A stretch of DNA of 64,000 bases, from positions 11,470,001-11,534,000 of the forward strand of contig JAQFVV010000001.1 of the NCBI GenBank assembly GCA_028023455.1. Direction: 5' to 3'. The stretch comes from Epiperipatus broadwayi. Its lineage: Eukaryota > Animalia > Onychophora. The notes under the pieces were generated by a model. That model saw only the letters and a list, made by a program, of their open reading frames with translations. It did no database searches and had not been told where the DNA came from. Position numbers and translations under genes: made by a program. This document shows, in pieces, positions 1 to 12,935 of this stretch (its first letter is position 1; every line of letters starts with the position of its first letter).

Positions 1-1060
1 CTCCCAAATAATATAGATGAAAGTTTATTATTTTTAACACATAAACTATTCATTTAGTCTTTTCAATTTTTCAGTGCATCTATTTATTTTATTAATAATT
101 TACAATTTCTACTTTCACTTACTACTTCATTCTTATGACACTGCTTTTCCATTCAACCATTCTACAAGATACTGGATCAAGTTTGTGTTTTCATCACAAT
201 TCTTCTATATCCAACATTTCCCTTGTAACTACCTTTTGGAGCTTTGTTTTGTATTTCAATTAATTATTAAGCCTGCCATTCTTCCTAGTTTTATCTATTT
301 CATATTTCCATTAGTTAAGCCTTCTATATAAACTTCTATATAGCATTTACTTTTTCAAACACTTTATTCATAATCTTATTATTAATCTACAGCTTTTTTG
401 TCTCCAATTTTTTTTCATAACTTACTATCTTTGCTACAGTAATTTTTAAATTTTCTTTAATGCCTACTTTTTATTTGAATTTAGTTTATCAATTAATCTT
501 GTATTAGTTACGCATTTTATCAAAAAAGAAAATTTTTATCCAATATATTTCTGTAATTTCCATTTTTGTCTTAGCACTTCTATACTACTATAATTTATTT
601 CAGTTCTAAGTTATGCATATGCACTCTTAATATGCTTGATATGTATTATAAACACAAATACTTATTTGAATACATGAAACCTTTCACATTTCTCATTTCC
701 TATCTAGAGCCCATAATCTATTTTTATCATCTTTTTCCTTATATGAAATCAAGTTGTATTGTTCCTATTATTTGAGCTATTTATATATAAATCTTTTTGT
801 AACTATTAAACAACATATGTTATCCATTAAAAAACAATATATCATCCTTTCATCTCTCATTTCTTAGCCCTAAGTAGTAATACAATTTCCAATTTTTATT
901 ATTCATTTTCAATTGTGTCATCTATTTCTTCATGCATGAGCTCTACTTTTTAATCACTATGTCCAGCATTTCACAGGTTTTTAAGATCCCTTAGAACAGA
1001 CTTCACCAACAAAAATTTACCATTGAAACGAATGCCTCTTATAAAAATCATTCTGTCTAA
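1..1060 (-). mobile_element. Heavily decayed non-LTR retrotransposon fragment (RT C-terminal part, RTE-like)
   Basis: Minus-strand remnants such as IGNEKCERFHVFK (RT 'E-V--FKYLG' region) and an LMDN motif where YxDD would be expected; many stops and frameshifts. Confidence 0.4.
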
Positions 1061-1927
1061 GACAACATGTATGTACTACATATATATGCTTTCATCATTA
1101 GAACAAAAGAATCCATTTTTCAAGTTAAAAAGCAACTCGCTTTATTTTTCAGACTTAAAATATTTAATGATTTTCTATTTTTAATAATAGAAGCTTCATT
1201 TTTCTGGTTTATGTATAAAATTAATACACTATGTACTAATTCTAATATTGCTTAAAGGTTTGGAATTAAAATGAGATCTGAAATGATCCAAAGAGGAGTA
1301 TCTTGAAGAGAATTCCATTCACTTTCAACAACCATTGCAACTGCAATTTTCCTAAAACATTTTACAAATTACATAATTAAAAATAAATAAATCTGCCAAA
1401 TAATTAAAAATTTCATGAGCTTACAATTATTTTGAATTATCATATACTCTAATATTTTGGTAAAACAGCCTTAACTACAATACTAGAGTAAAAGCTTCTC
1501 CATCATCCCTCCACAGAGAAATAGTGAAAAAGAAAATAATAATACTCACTAAGCATAATAATAAGTTAGAGTTTTCCCATCTTTATTTTATTATCTTGCT
1601 AATATTAACTATTTGTCCATTTACAAATTAATAATTAAATAATTTTCTAGATGCAGGTAGACTACTTAAAAAAAATCCTAAGCTTGCTTAGAAATTTTGA
1701 GTTCCCTGAAAAAATTTTCAATTCTATTTGGATTCAAAAATTTTAAATAATAGGGAACAGCAAATATCACATTAACCATTATACCATATCATTTTATCAT
1801 TAATTTCTTATTGATCATTTAATTCTTTTTTATAAATATAAGTTTATTTATATTTCAGTATTATTAATTATTATTATATATTTTTAATTTGTGCACTTTT
1901 TCTGCTTCAATTATTTACATATCACTG

Positions 1928-1942
1928 TCATCATCATCATCA
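1928..1942 (-). repeat. (TGA)n microsatellite 3' tail of the RTE element
   Basis: tcatcatcatcatca on +, directly after the element's 3' end; short tandem-repeat tails are typical of RTE elements. Confidence 0.8.
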
Positions 1943-2070
1943 ACCATTATCAATCCACTGCAGGATGAAGGTCTCTCCAAGTTCAATCCATCTTCTCCAA
2001 TCTTTAGCTTCTCTTCTCCACATCACCCCTGCTCACTTTCTTATTTCATCCATCTCACATGTGGTCTCTT

Positions 2071-4560
2071 TCAGGGTCTTTTACAATCTCTTGGAATCCA
2101 GTTTAAGATTTCAATTGTCCGTCTATTATCATCTCTGCTAACAATATATCCAGCCCAACCCCACTTCAGTCTTTTAATTTTTTCAATGAGGTGAGTAACA
2201 CCTGTTTGCTCTCTTACCCATATATTGTGTTTTCGATCTCTTCTTGTTACTCCCAACATGCACCTCTCCATACTTCTTTGAGTGGTCTGAAGTCTCTGTA
2301 TTGCTCTTCTATTAAGTGTCCAAGTTTCAGATCCATAAGTAAAAACTGGTAAAACATATTTATTAAAAACCTTCCTTTTCAAACAAATAGGCATATTTCT
2401 TTTTAGTATCAAGTTATTCCTATGAAAAGCACTTCAACCAAGTTTAATTCTATGATTAATTTCATCCATTATGTTTCCATCTGTATTAATAATCTGACCA
2501 AGGTATTTGTAACTGTTAACTTCTTCTACCTCATCATAATCAATCTTTATTTTCATATTTTGAGAAAATCCATTCATTAAACATTATTTTAGTCTTTTAA
2601 CATTTATCTTTAGTCCTACTTTCATCTGATAACTCCTGCAATATTTCCTGCAGTTCTAACGCATTATTTGCAAAAACAACTACATCATCTGCAAAATCTA
2701 AATGATTTAAATAATCTCCATTTACTTTCACTCCGTTAGCTTCCCATTTTAATCCACAAAATACTTCTTGCAGCACTGCTGTAAAAAGTTTTAGAGATAT
2801 GGAGTCACCCTGTCTTACACACTTCTTAGTGTTGACTTTCCCAGTATCATTATGTAATCTAATTGTTGCTGTTGCATTTTTATAATTATTCTTTAAAATA
2901 TGATAATATCCTGGATCTATACCTTGATGATCCAATGCTTTAATCACTGAAGAGATGTTTATAGAATCAAATGCCTTTTCATAATCTACAAATCTAAAGC
3001 ATAATGGCAACCCATATTCATTTGTCCTTTCTACAACTTCTCTCAATACCTGGATATGATCTACTGTACTAAAACCACTTTTAAATCCAGTTTATTCTCT
3101 TGGTTCTCTGTAGATGAGTTGTAATTATCTTGGTAAAAATTTTGTATAAAACTGATAAAAGGCTGATAGGTCTGTAATTTCTAATATCTTCTTTATCACC
3201 TTTTTAAAATATTAATACTGTATTCTTCCAATCACTGGGTACATCTTTATCATTTAGACATTTGGTATATAACTTTGCTAAAAAAATTTCTATTTCTTCA
3301 CCTGCTTCTTTTAATATATCAATTATAATTCCATCATTTTTTTCTTATTGCAGATATAAATTTCCTACCAATACCAAAATATTGTTTTACACTCTTGAGA
3401 CTTTTATTCTCTTCTACAGTTTTCCTTGCTAGTTCACAGTTATACTTTCTTATATCATTTTCAACTCTTTTCTGCACCACTTTATAAAATTTGAGATATT
3501 CAATCCTTTTTAATGCATCATTTTTGTACATCTTCATATTCCTTCTTTTCTTCATAAATTCTCTAGTCTCACTGGAAATTTTATTGATCAATTGCTGCTT
3601 TTTTTTACCAGCTACTTCTGTTGCAGTTTTTAAAAGTGTATCAGTTATTTTCGTATTAATTTCATTCAAATCTGAATCAAGTTCAAAATCTACTAATACT
3701 TGAAACCGATTTGTTAAGTTCTAATTTAAATTCATTAGAATGTTTCTGAAGATTAGAAATATCAACTTTAAATATTGTTTTTCTTAATAATTTTTGTCTC
3801 TCTAAGTTTGCATTAACACATATCTTACATCTTACTAATTGATGATCACTTCCTGTGTTAAATTTATTAAATTTTTGTCTCTCTGAGTTGATCACTTCCT
3901 GTGTTAAATTTATTAAGAAAATTACAATCTTGAAATATGTATTTTCTGTTAGTCAAAATATAATCCAATTCTGCTGTAACTTCATTTGGATGCTTCCATG
4001 TCCATTTCCTTTTAACATTTTTCTCAAAATAATAATTCATAATATAAAGTTTTTCTTTTTTTGCAAACTCCACAAGTCTATGTCCTCTCTTATTTCTATT
4101 ACCATAACCAAAATTAACAGCACTTGCATCTTTCATTTGTTTACCAATTCTAGCATTAAAGTCTTCCAAAACAATTTTAAAATGTTGTTTACTCTGATCA
4201 AAAGCCTTTTGTACATCCATATAAAAATCTTCTACTACTTCATCACTTATGAGAACTTGTTGGGACATAAACCTGAATTATCTGCATTTGGTATCTGCTA
4301 TTAAGTGGTATAACTAATCTTGCCACTCTGTCCAATACGCCATCAGTCTCCACAATGCTGTTCTTTCACTTTTTATTTTATAATGAATCCTACTCCACTT
4401 GTTGTGCCTTTATAATAGAATACATGTCCATTTTTTAAATCAATTGTCTCTTCACCTTCTCTTCTAAATTCACAAAGTCCAATAATGTCCCATTTAATAT
4501 AAGACAGTTCTTCTTCTAATTCTTGCAATCTTCCTTCGCTTGAAAGTGATCTGCAGTTGT
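2071..4560 (-). pseudogene. Disrupted APE-endonuclease/reverse-transcriptase ORF of RTE copy 1
   Basis: Fragments in ORFs 3867-4268, 3683-3895, 3334-3669, 2597-3046 and 2071-2412 fall in the expected domain order but are split by frameshifts, stops, a deletion and a small duplication. Confidence 0.9.
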
Positions 4561-7539
4561 AAGTACTTTTAAGTCATCATCAAATGGCAGCCTGGGTCCA
4601 CAATCAGAGGATTCTTAGCACCTTCTGCCTTCAGCCACCAACCGCTGCCTTGGTTGGTGACTTTACAGTCTCCTGGAAATAAGGGTCATGATTTATTTTT
4701 GTCTGTCATAATTATATATATCTATTGGAAAAATATTTATCTTTTAAGTAAACATTCATTCTGCTTTATCAGGCAACTGAGAAGAAAGACCATGGTGTTT
4801 CTTGATCTTGACATCAGAGGTAAAAAGCCAATAAACCCACCATGCTGGCTAATGCGTGTTGGTGAGCAGCCCATCCCACATACTATATGAATAATCACAT
4901 AGTAATAATAGCTGCAATGACAAGAATGTATGGAGTGGACATTAGGAATTTGCCCTGCTCGGTTCCTTTAAGGCCTCCAGGAGAAATCAAAGGATCTTCT
5001 TTCAGTTAATAGCAAACTCCTTTCTGCATATATAGTTAAAATATAAAATACTCTAGTTTTATTGCTTTGCCGTCACAGTTAAATTTTATTATCATTACTT
5101 TTATAAAAATGTATTCATAATTTATGAAATAATATTAACAGAATTTTTTTGAAGCCAAGTAAATATTAACTGTAGAAATTCCATACACAAAGAAATATAG
5201 AGGACCTCAAATAAGTCATCAAGGTATCTATACAAATTGGAAAAAATGAATAAAGATGTGTAATTTCTGCATTATGGCAAATATTCAGGAAAAATCAATT
5301 TTTTGGATTGCATAGAATTTTATAGTTTTAAAATTTTTAACAAAACAATCCAAATTACCTAAAAATTATAAATGCCAACTAGAAGAACAAGTATCAATGA
5401 TGTAATGTAAATGTATTTATCACTATTATGTTATTAATGTTTGTAAAAATTAATTTTTATTTTAAATTTTATTATATACAATAAGCCTGCCTTTCAACAT
5501 GTATGTGCAGTTACATTAACATTTCTGCATGAAAGCAGTATGAGATTTAAATATATATATAATTACCTTTTAAGTAAATAAACATAAAAATACACAATTA
5601 TTCATTATCAATCATCTATTAAAAGGGAAATTGTTTTATAAATAGACATTTTTCTTATTCCTCCCTCTGTTCTTCATAAACTTATTGTTAATCCTTTCTT
5701 AAGATCATCTATCAACTTCATTCTTGTACATCTCTTCTTCTTATCATCCACACTTCCGATATGTCTTTCATGATTCCTCTAGTGTATATCCAATTGTCTT
5801 TCTTTATTTCTTTAATAATTTTTTTTACCACTCTAAGCATCTAAACATATGCTTCTAATCTATCCCATTGTTTTTCAAATCCAACTTCAAAGCCTCCTTT
5901 TGTCCTGTCTCCTTGGAATATATAAATTTCTGTTTAATATAAAGCAATATTCCAGACAAAACACTATAAATCTTTATCTCAGTTCCATCTTTATAAAACT
6001 ACAGAACATCTTCCTCGTCTTATTAAAAATTCATTTAGCTTTCTAATTTATCACTACTTCCACTTCCAATTATTTAAAAGTTTTAACTTCTAGTCCAAGT
6101 ATCATTCTTAAATCTTTTTTCTCATCTTAGCATCAGTTCAGTTTTAATTGCATTTACTTTCATCAGATACTTTATATTTCCATATATCTAGGGTTTCTCT
6201 GAAAATTTGTGATGATGGTTCTTTTAACTGTAATTATATTTTGCACTATTTCCATCATCCAATATTAATTGTCAAATGTTTTTAGAAATCAAACTTTATT
6301 TAAACTTTTCAAATACATTCATCTGTTATTAAACAGCACACAAGTCATTATGTAGCATAATGTTTTAGTAATATTATTTTCTTTTCTTCGGATGTTGCTG
6401 GCATGACCAATAATATTGTTGATATGGGAATCAAACATGGGATCTTACAATTCATAAATAAAGAATTTAAGCTGATGCTCTAGCCAACTAGGCTATTCTC
6501 CCAGAAGCAACAATCAATAAAAATTTCATGTACTTAATTATGAGTGTGCTCCTACTTTCTCATCATTTTTTAAAGATCAAGATTAATGAATAGTTCCAAA
6601 CATGACAATGGCAAATAATCCCATAAGTCAACCTAGTGTGATAATTCATAATGTGTAGAAACCATTCATTAACTTTGCTCTTAAGAAAAAAGTGGAGAAA
6701 TCAGTAGAACCTTCATAGATAATATATGAAATTTCTGACTGTTATCATTGAAAGAATAACCTACTTAGTTAAAACATCATCTTAAATTCAATATTCATGG
6801 ATTTAAAGATCCCAAGGTTCAATTTCCATGTATTATCACTGGATAGGCTGGCAATATCTACAGAAGAGAGAATAATAATATCACTTAAAATATTGTGCTA
6901 CATACTAACCTGTGTGCTATTACTAACACTTAAATATATTGTAAAATCGTTTAATATTTCACATTAGATGATGAAAATAGTCCTAAACATAATTATATTA
7001 TCTAATTAACTTAGCATTTTGTAAGTCTATCTGAAAGTATGACTACCATCTATCTAATACATCTTTTTTATATCTATTTTTTTCTGAAAGACAATTTTAA
7101 AATATTTCCGATCCATGACAATTGTGTCTATCAATCTGTCTTTCCATAGAAGTTAAAATATCCAACAAAATAATCCGATTCTTATTATAACCCTTTTTAA
7201 CTATTCTATCTCTTTTTATGGCTATATATTTCAAAACTTATCACAATTTCAACTATCACTATTGTCTTTATTCCTTCTCAAATTCAAACTGCTCCAAAAA
7301 TAACACAAGTGAAATTAGATAATTATTCTCAAATTCTCAGATATTCCACTTAGCTTCTTCTGTAATAGTCATAAATATTGAAAGAAAAATCTGCTGGTTA
7401 CTCTCCTATATATGGGCATAAGTTGAAAGTACCCTTTCCTGAATCGTAAATTGCATATTAAGTATCAACTAGTTCTTTCAACCCTTTAGCAATATAAATA
7501 AAATTTCATTAATTCTTTGAACTTTGTGATTATTTTATC

Positions 7540-9372
7540 GGTAATACAGCATCTATTGATTCACACCGTCTGATGGCGCTGTTGCTAGTGAAAAACGAAT
7601 AGATATAATGTTACCGAGTTGATTTGATTATTTTGTAATGTTTTTATTTTATTTTTTTTTGGTTGGATTTTTTTTTACTTTTTTTTGGACGTTTTTTTTT
7701 TTTTTTAAATAAATAAATGGATTTTTAGATTTTTTTTTTAATATGCTTTTTTAAAACATTGGTCTTTTTTTTTAAAAGTTGTTAACAAAATTGGATTCCG
7801 ATCTTTTTTTTTTTTAAGTAACTTTTTTTTTTTTTTTGGTTTTTGAAACAACTTTCTTTTTTTTTTTGTTTCATTTAACGTGTTTTTATTCATAAACAAA
7901 TACATCAAAAATTAATTTATATATTTTGAATAAATGTTGGTTATTTACATATTTTTTATGTCTTTTAAAAACAAACAAAACAAAAAGACAGAAAAAAAAA
8001 GGAATAACAAAAATAGATAATTTTACTGCAATAAATGCATCTCATCTAAGATGGCACAGAACACGTCTTGGTTTTTTTTCTGACGTCTCCACAGAAATTC
8101 GGCTATATAGTTATCGAGATCTTCTCTTCTTGTGCCTCGTGTTCGCTTGTTTCGCCATTTGAGACAACCCCAAAGATGTTCAATGTTCTGGGTATGCACG
8201 CCAGTGTCAGGGTCCACAAAATTATATTTGTGATTTACTGTCGAATGGTGATGCCTCCAATTCACAAGTTCTGTATCCTTTCCAGCAATCAGAATAGATT
8301 CTGGAACCAGGCATGATGTTCTCATGGATCAACTGTGTAAGGATGTTGGCAGATCGGGAGGCTACAGACGCTACAAAACAATCGCCTGTCTCATGACAGA
8401 CACCCCCGAAAATCCATTGTTGCAGAAGGATTCTGCCCTGGTGGTTTTTCTGCTGACTGAACATCGTCTCATCCACTTCCACTGTCATACTAGGATCATC
8501 GATTCGGCGACATGGACCAGAATCAAGGGTTTCTCGACACAGTTCTCTAATAGCTATCGTCACATGCCTTACTGCATTCTCACACATTTGTAATTCAGCT
8601 GCAATATGCTTTACTGTGAGCTCATCCCGGCTCCAGTAATAAATTAGCCACAATGCTTTCAAAAAAGACATTCGGCAGCTCTCAAACCACGTTCCATGAC
8701 GAATGGAACACCTTCGTCGACATTGCCGCGATTCATATTCCATTTGACAGGGTTCACTACCCTTACTTGTATTAAACAACCACAAAGGCAGTTCTTCTGG
8801 GTGAGGAGAATATTTCTCTGTTGAAGAAAGACCACACATCTGCTTCTGTAGTAGGCAAATCTACAAATCGAAACGACGGACGATCGTCTGCCATTGAACT
8901 GTTGTTTTGATCTTGATAAAGTATGGACAAGTGCGAGACTTAATCGTGAACTTTGCCGAATCGTGATTTACACTCCTCATTTCGTGCATTTGTACACCTG
9001 AGGATGAAAGTAGGGGCGTTTGATCATTACTTACAATTTGTAGTAACTCACATCAATTACAATACATTTAACAAGCCAAAAAAAAACAAAAAACATTCGA
9101 ATATAATTTTAGTCATTACAAATAAACACACCTTCATATCATATGATGTCGAATAGTCAAGACTAATGTCTATACAGAAAGTCCTATACTCGTCGCTAAT
9201 AATAATGTTCACATGCTAGAGATGTTGGGGAAGGGTGCAATTCAACATCTTTAGTGTTTGAACAGTTTACAGGCCGTAAAATAGATGAGCAGCCTTGTAA
9301 ACAGCATATTTGTGTGCTTTAGCGTAGAAACAGCGCCATCGGATGGTGTGGATCAATAGATGTTGTATTACC
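7540..9372 (-). mobile_element. Merlin-superfamily DNA transposon (IS1016/IS1595-like DDE transposase), both ends intact
   Basis: 44-bp TIRs starting GGTAATAC (7540-7583 and 9329-9372, 4 mismatches), perfect 8-bp TSD ATTTTATC (7532-7539 and 9373-9380), internal ISXO2-type transposase. Confidence 0.93.
8023..8894 (-). pseudogene. Merlin transposase, frameshifted
   Basis: ATG at 8894 (MADDRPSF...), cysteine-rich N-terminus (CLCGC...CRRRCSIRHGTWF), catalytic triad motifs VEVDET / YSDCWKGY / HTQNIE, and C-terminal YIAEFLWR. Frameshifts near the 5' end and near ~8260. Confidence 0.9.
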
Positions 9373-11489
9373 ATTTTATCTATATCTACTTAAAAAAATT
9401 TTAATTAATATAAAAAAAAAAATCTTAATTATCTTTATCATGCATATTATTTACATATTCTTCCAACTTATTCAATGTATTTTCTTTCTTTACTTTAATA
9501 ACTATTTCACTTCTGTGACCCCGTTTTTCTCCAAACTGTTTCTGAACTATATATTAAATCAAATCTATATTTTCTTTACAATTCCTCTAATTCCCCATAA
9601 CATTATTTTAATAGTTTAATATCTCCATTTATTATTTAAGTTTCTTATATATATTTTTATGTATATCAGCAACTATATTTCAATTTTATTTTTTCTATTA
9701 TTTTGTCAATATCTCATTCCTAAAGCAAAGCTTATTAAAAAATCAAACACTTTTTTTACTTTGCTGTAATTAACTTCTCTTAAATTTCTTTCAATAATTT
9801 CTATTTTTGATTTGAAATAATCCTATTACTTCTCATTTTATTTTTCTTGTCTAACCAAATCATTTTTTAAAATATATTCTCAATTTTTCAATAATTCATT
9901 CATTCTAGTTCAATTATTTTTATTCTCTTAATTAAAAAACAATCTCCATTTTATCACTACAAAGTCTGACTTAATATATAAGATTTTGCACACATGCAAT
10001 CTTAATAAACTTTGAAACAATATATAAATCTAACTGAAATATAATCATATTGCCTAGAGTTTTCCAGATATTAATTTCTTCTCATATTATTCTTAAATGA
10101 TGCGTTCATTATTACCACATTATTTTCTCTACTAAAACTTATCAAATTTTCACCTCATTTATTTTACTTATTCCCCGTCTTAATATAGCATTCAAATCTC
10201 CAATTTTCATTATACAACTATTTTTATATTTGTTTTCAATTACTTCATGCATAGTTTTCAAATTAATCATCTCAATTATTAATTACCATTCAATTTTAAC
10301 AGCAAATAAATTTCTTGGAATTGCTTATTCCTTATTATTCTTGAAATTTGTTCTTGGGTCTAAAACAATAGCTACATCATTATATCTGCTATTACACCCA
10401 GAATATTAAACTCTTGCAGCTTTTCATCCCCTTCCCACAACACATTTACCTCATAGAATTCTACAATATTTATGACTTTATCTAATTCATTTCTATTAAT
10501 AAATTTAAAACCTTTAAATTATTCACAGATCTAACATTCTTTACTACTATACTTAACAACATAATTCTTTAATTCCAATGTTATTCATATGTAGTAGTAA
10601 CTACATTCATGGTTTTCATTTCTGAAAAGTAATACTTCTATTAGGATAATCAATCATTACTTTTCCAAGTAAACTTAACTATACCTTCAAAACAACCTCT
10701 CCTATAATAATCTAACATTTTCACTTTTAAATCTTATTTTTTTAAAAACTGTTTCAAAACCAACTAAATTTTTATGCCTATAATACTTAAAAGATTTTAA
10801 AAGTTTAACTATAAAAAAATAAAACATGATATTCTATTAGCAGTAGGTAAAAAAATACTAATTTTTTCAGAAACTTAAACTAAATTTGTTCACTTACAAA
10901 CTTCAAGCAATTAAAGTATATAGTACTTCATAATTTGTTTCAATTCCTATATATATCAAAAAGAAAAAATATATATATTATTATTTATTATTAATAATTT
11001 ATATATTATACAAATGTCATATATATATAACCAATTTAAAATTACACCATTTTCTATACAATTTCTTCATGACAGAATATCTAATTATAACTTTTAGTCA
11101 ATGAAAAAATAATATTTTCATGATCAATTTTAAGAAATACAAATCAAAATACAAATAATCAACAAATGTTAAAGTACCTAGATGGTGCTATTTCATGGCT
11201 CTCTTTTCTAGGTTCTTGTTTCTGTCCTTCTAAAAAAAAAAAAAATTAGAAATTATAATAATGAATTTTTTGCACAATTAAATAAAATAATATACAAAAT
11301 TAATACTATATAATCACAAAAATAAATATATATATATATTCCATATGTCCATAATTAGATTTATATACCCTTATACATATATACTCTAATAGTAGATGGG
11401 ATGTTATAGTTTGACCTGACAGCTCTTCCCTCACCATCATTAGCATTCATTTCTAGATGGCACCAAAGCAACAGTAATTAATGTAGTCT

Positions 11490-11800
11490 GCTAGTTATGT
11501 AAGGAAGGTAGAGAAATATTAGACAGCTTAATTGAATGTAAATGCTTACAAGCAGAAAGGGTACAAATAATGATAATTGTGGAAAAATAAATATAAACAA
11601 AATGATTATACAGAAAGTGGGTTCTTGGTTTTTATGCTGGGTTTGGAAAAAGATAAGGGGGATCTAAAGGCCATAGAGTGGATGGAGCAGGATAGAGAAA
11701 AATATGGGGAAAATTTAGGGTGGGGAATGGAAAGGGAAGGTGGTTAACAGATTTCTCTAGGCACATTGGCCGAGAGATTCCTGATTCCAATAAAGGGATA
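11490..11800 (+). mobile_element. 3'-terminal fragment of a LINE (RTEX-like), copy 1
   Basis: Diverged direct repeat of ~12600-12935 (gaatgtaaatg...cagaaagtgggttctt...gatagagaa...). Confidence 0.45.
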
Positions 11801-12289
11801 GCGCATCGTGAAGAGGTTTTCAATTATCACTTCCAGTGCTTTAACATCATATGATTTTCTAACTGATGAAGCATTTGATTATTTTATCCTATGTGGTTAA
11901 GTGCAATGGTAGAGCTGTGGACCCAAAGCTAATGTTTACAGAATTTTAGCAAAATAGTATAAGTTAACTCAACAGAACAATTAAATAATCAATCACCGAT
12001 TAGAGCCAAACAATTAACGATATATTATTAAACAACTTGACAGATGATAAGCAAAATAATGTTACAATCTCACGTATCAATCACTGATAGATAAACATCT
12101 GATCAAAACTAATCAGATAAGATGCTTTATAGAATTTTCCAATTTAGTATAATTAGATAGTAACAACATATTTTTTTTTATCTGTACAAGTCACAATACA
12201 AGCATTTGTTTTAAAACAATGGTCATTAGAGAGCAGTAAAACATTTAAAAGCAAAGGTAATACGGGGTGCAGATTTGAATAAAGACTTT

Positions 12290-12935
12290 ATGTCAGTATA
12301 CTTGTACAAAAGATGGAATGATTATGTTAGGAGAATTGTTCAGTGTTATAGTGGCAAAGAATGGGATAGAAGAATAGATGCATTAATAAAAAATAGGGAG
12401 TTGGAAAAATAAAGAACTAGTATGAAGAGTAAAAAGAGTTTAAATATATACAGAAGTAAACAGAATACTGAGTTTGAATTAATTTGCAATAATAGCAAGG
12501 AAAGTAGTTTACTGTTTAAGGTTCAAACAGGATCACTAGCAATGAAAAGATACACATAAATGGAGAAATCTGGATGATTTAGTCTGCAAGTTATATATGG
12601 AAGGTATGGAAAATATTAGGATCTGCTAATTGAATGTAAATGTTTTACAAGCAGAAAGGATACAAATAATAAAGTTGCGGGAGAATACATACAAACAAAG
12701 TGATTATACAGAAAGTGGGTTCTTAGTTTTTATGCTGGATTTGGAAAAAGATAAGGTGGATCTAGATATAAAGGCCATAGAGTGGATAAAGATAATGTTC
12801 TGGAAATGGGGGAGCAGGATAGAGAAGAATATGGGAAAAACATAGGGTGGGTGGGGAATGGAAAGGAAAGGAAAAGTGGCTAACAGCTTTCTCGAGGCAT
12901 AGTGGCTAAGAGATTTTCTGACTCCGATAAGGGAG
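12290..12935 (+). mobile_element. 3'-terminal fragment of a LINE (RTEX-like), copy 2
   Basis: Degenerate translation KKSL.IYRSK...NNSKESSLLFKVQTGSL...LLIECKCF resembles the C-terminal 'GS-LLF--RTG...H---EC' region of RTEX-type elements (family assignment from memory). Confidence 0.5.

Larger units (their letters stand above)
1928..5028 (-). mobile_element. RTE-clade non-LTR retrotransposon, copy 1 (5' end retained, internally deleted, defective)
   Basis: APE endonuclease motifs (TYNCRSL, IIGLCE, LEDFNARIG, WTW, DYIL, SDH), RT motifs (FVDYEKAFDS, VRQGDSIS, LDFADD), RTE-type C-terminus (KRKVFN..LPV.TYGSETW, KWGWAG) and a (TGA)n 3' tail. Homology with the second copy ends at 5028. Confidence 0.92.
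5650..10580 (-). mobile_element. Older, highly decayed RTE-like LINE interrupted by the Merlin transposon
   Basis: Minus-strand APE remnants at ~10100-10560 (KNVRS, YSG, IGDLNA, ENNVVIMN), a Q-F-RKG-like RT motif at ~7440 and a 3' part at ~5700-6180 (MKVNAIKT, EVKTFK, RLEAY). Confidence 0.55.

Noticed and set aside
8023-8894. Bacterial IS1595 contamination or recent bacterial transfer
   Set aside because: It is integrated with a TSD inside a eukaryotic LINE relic and has the TIR/TSD structure of eukaryotic Merlin elements.
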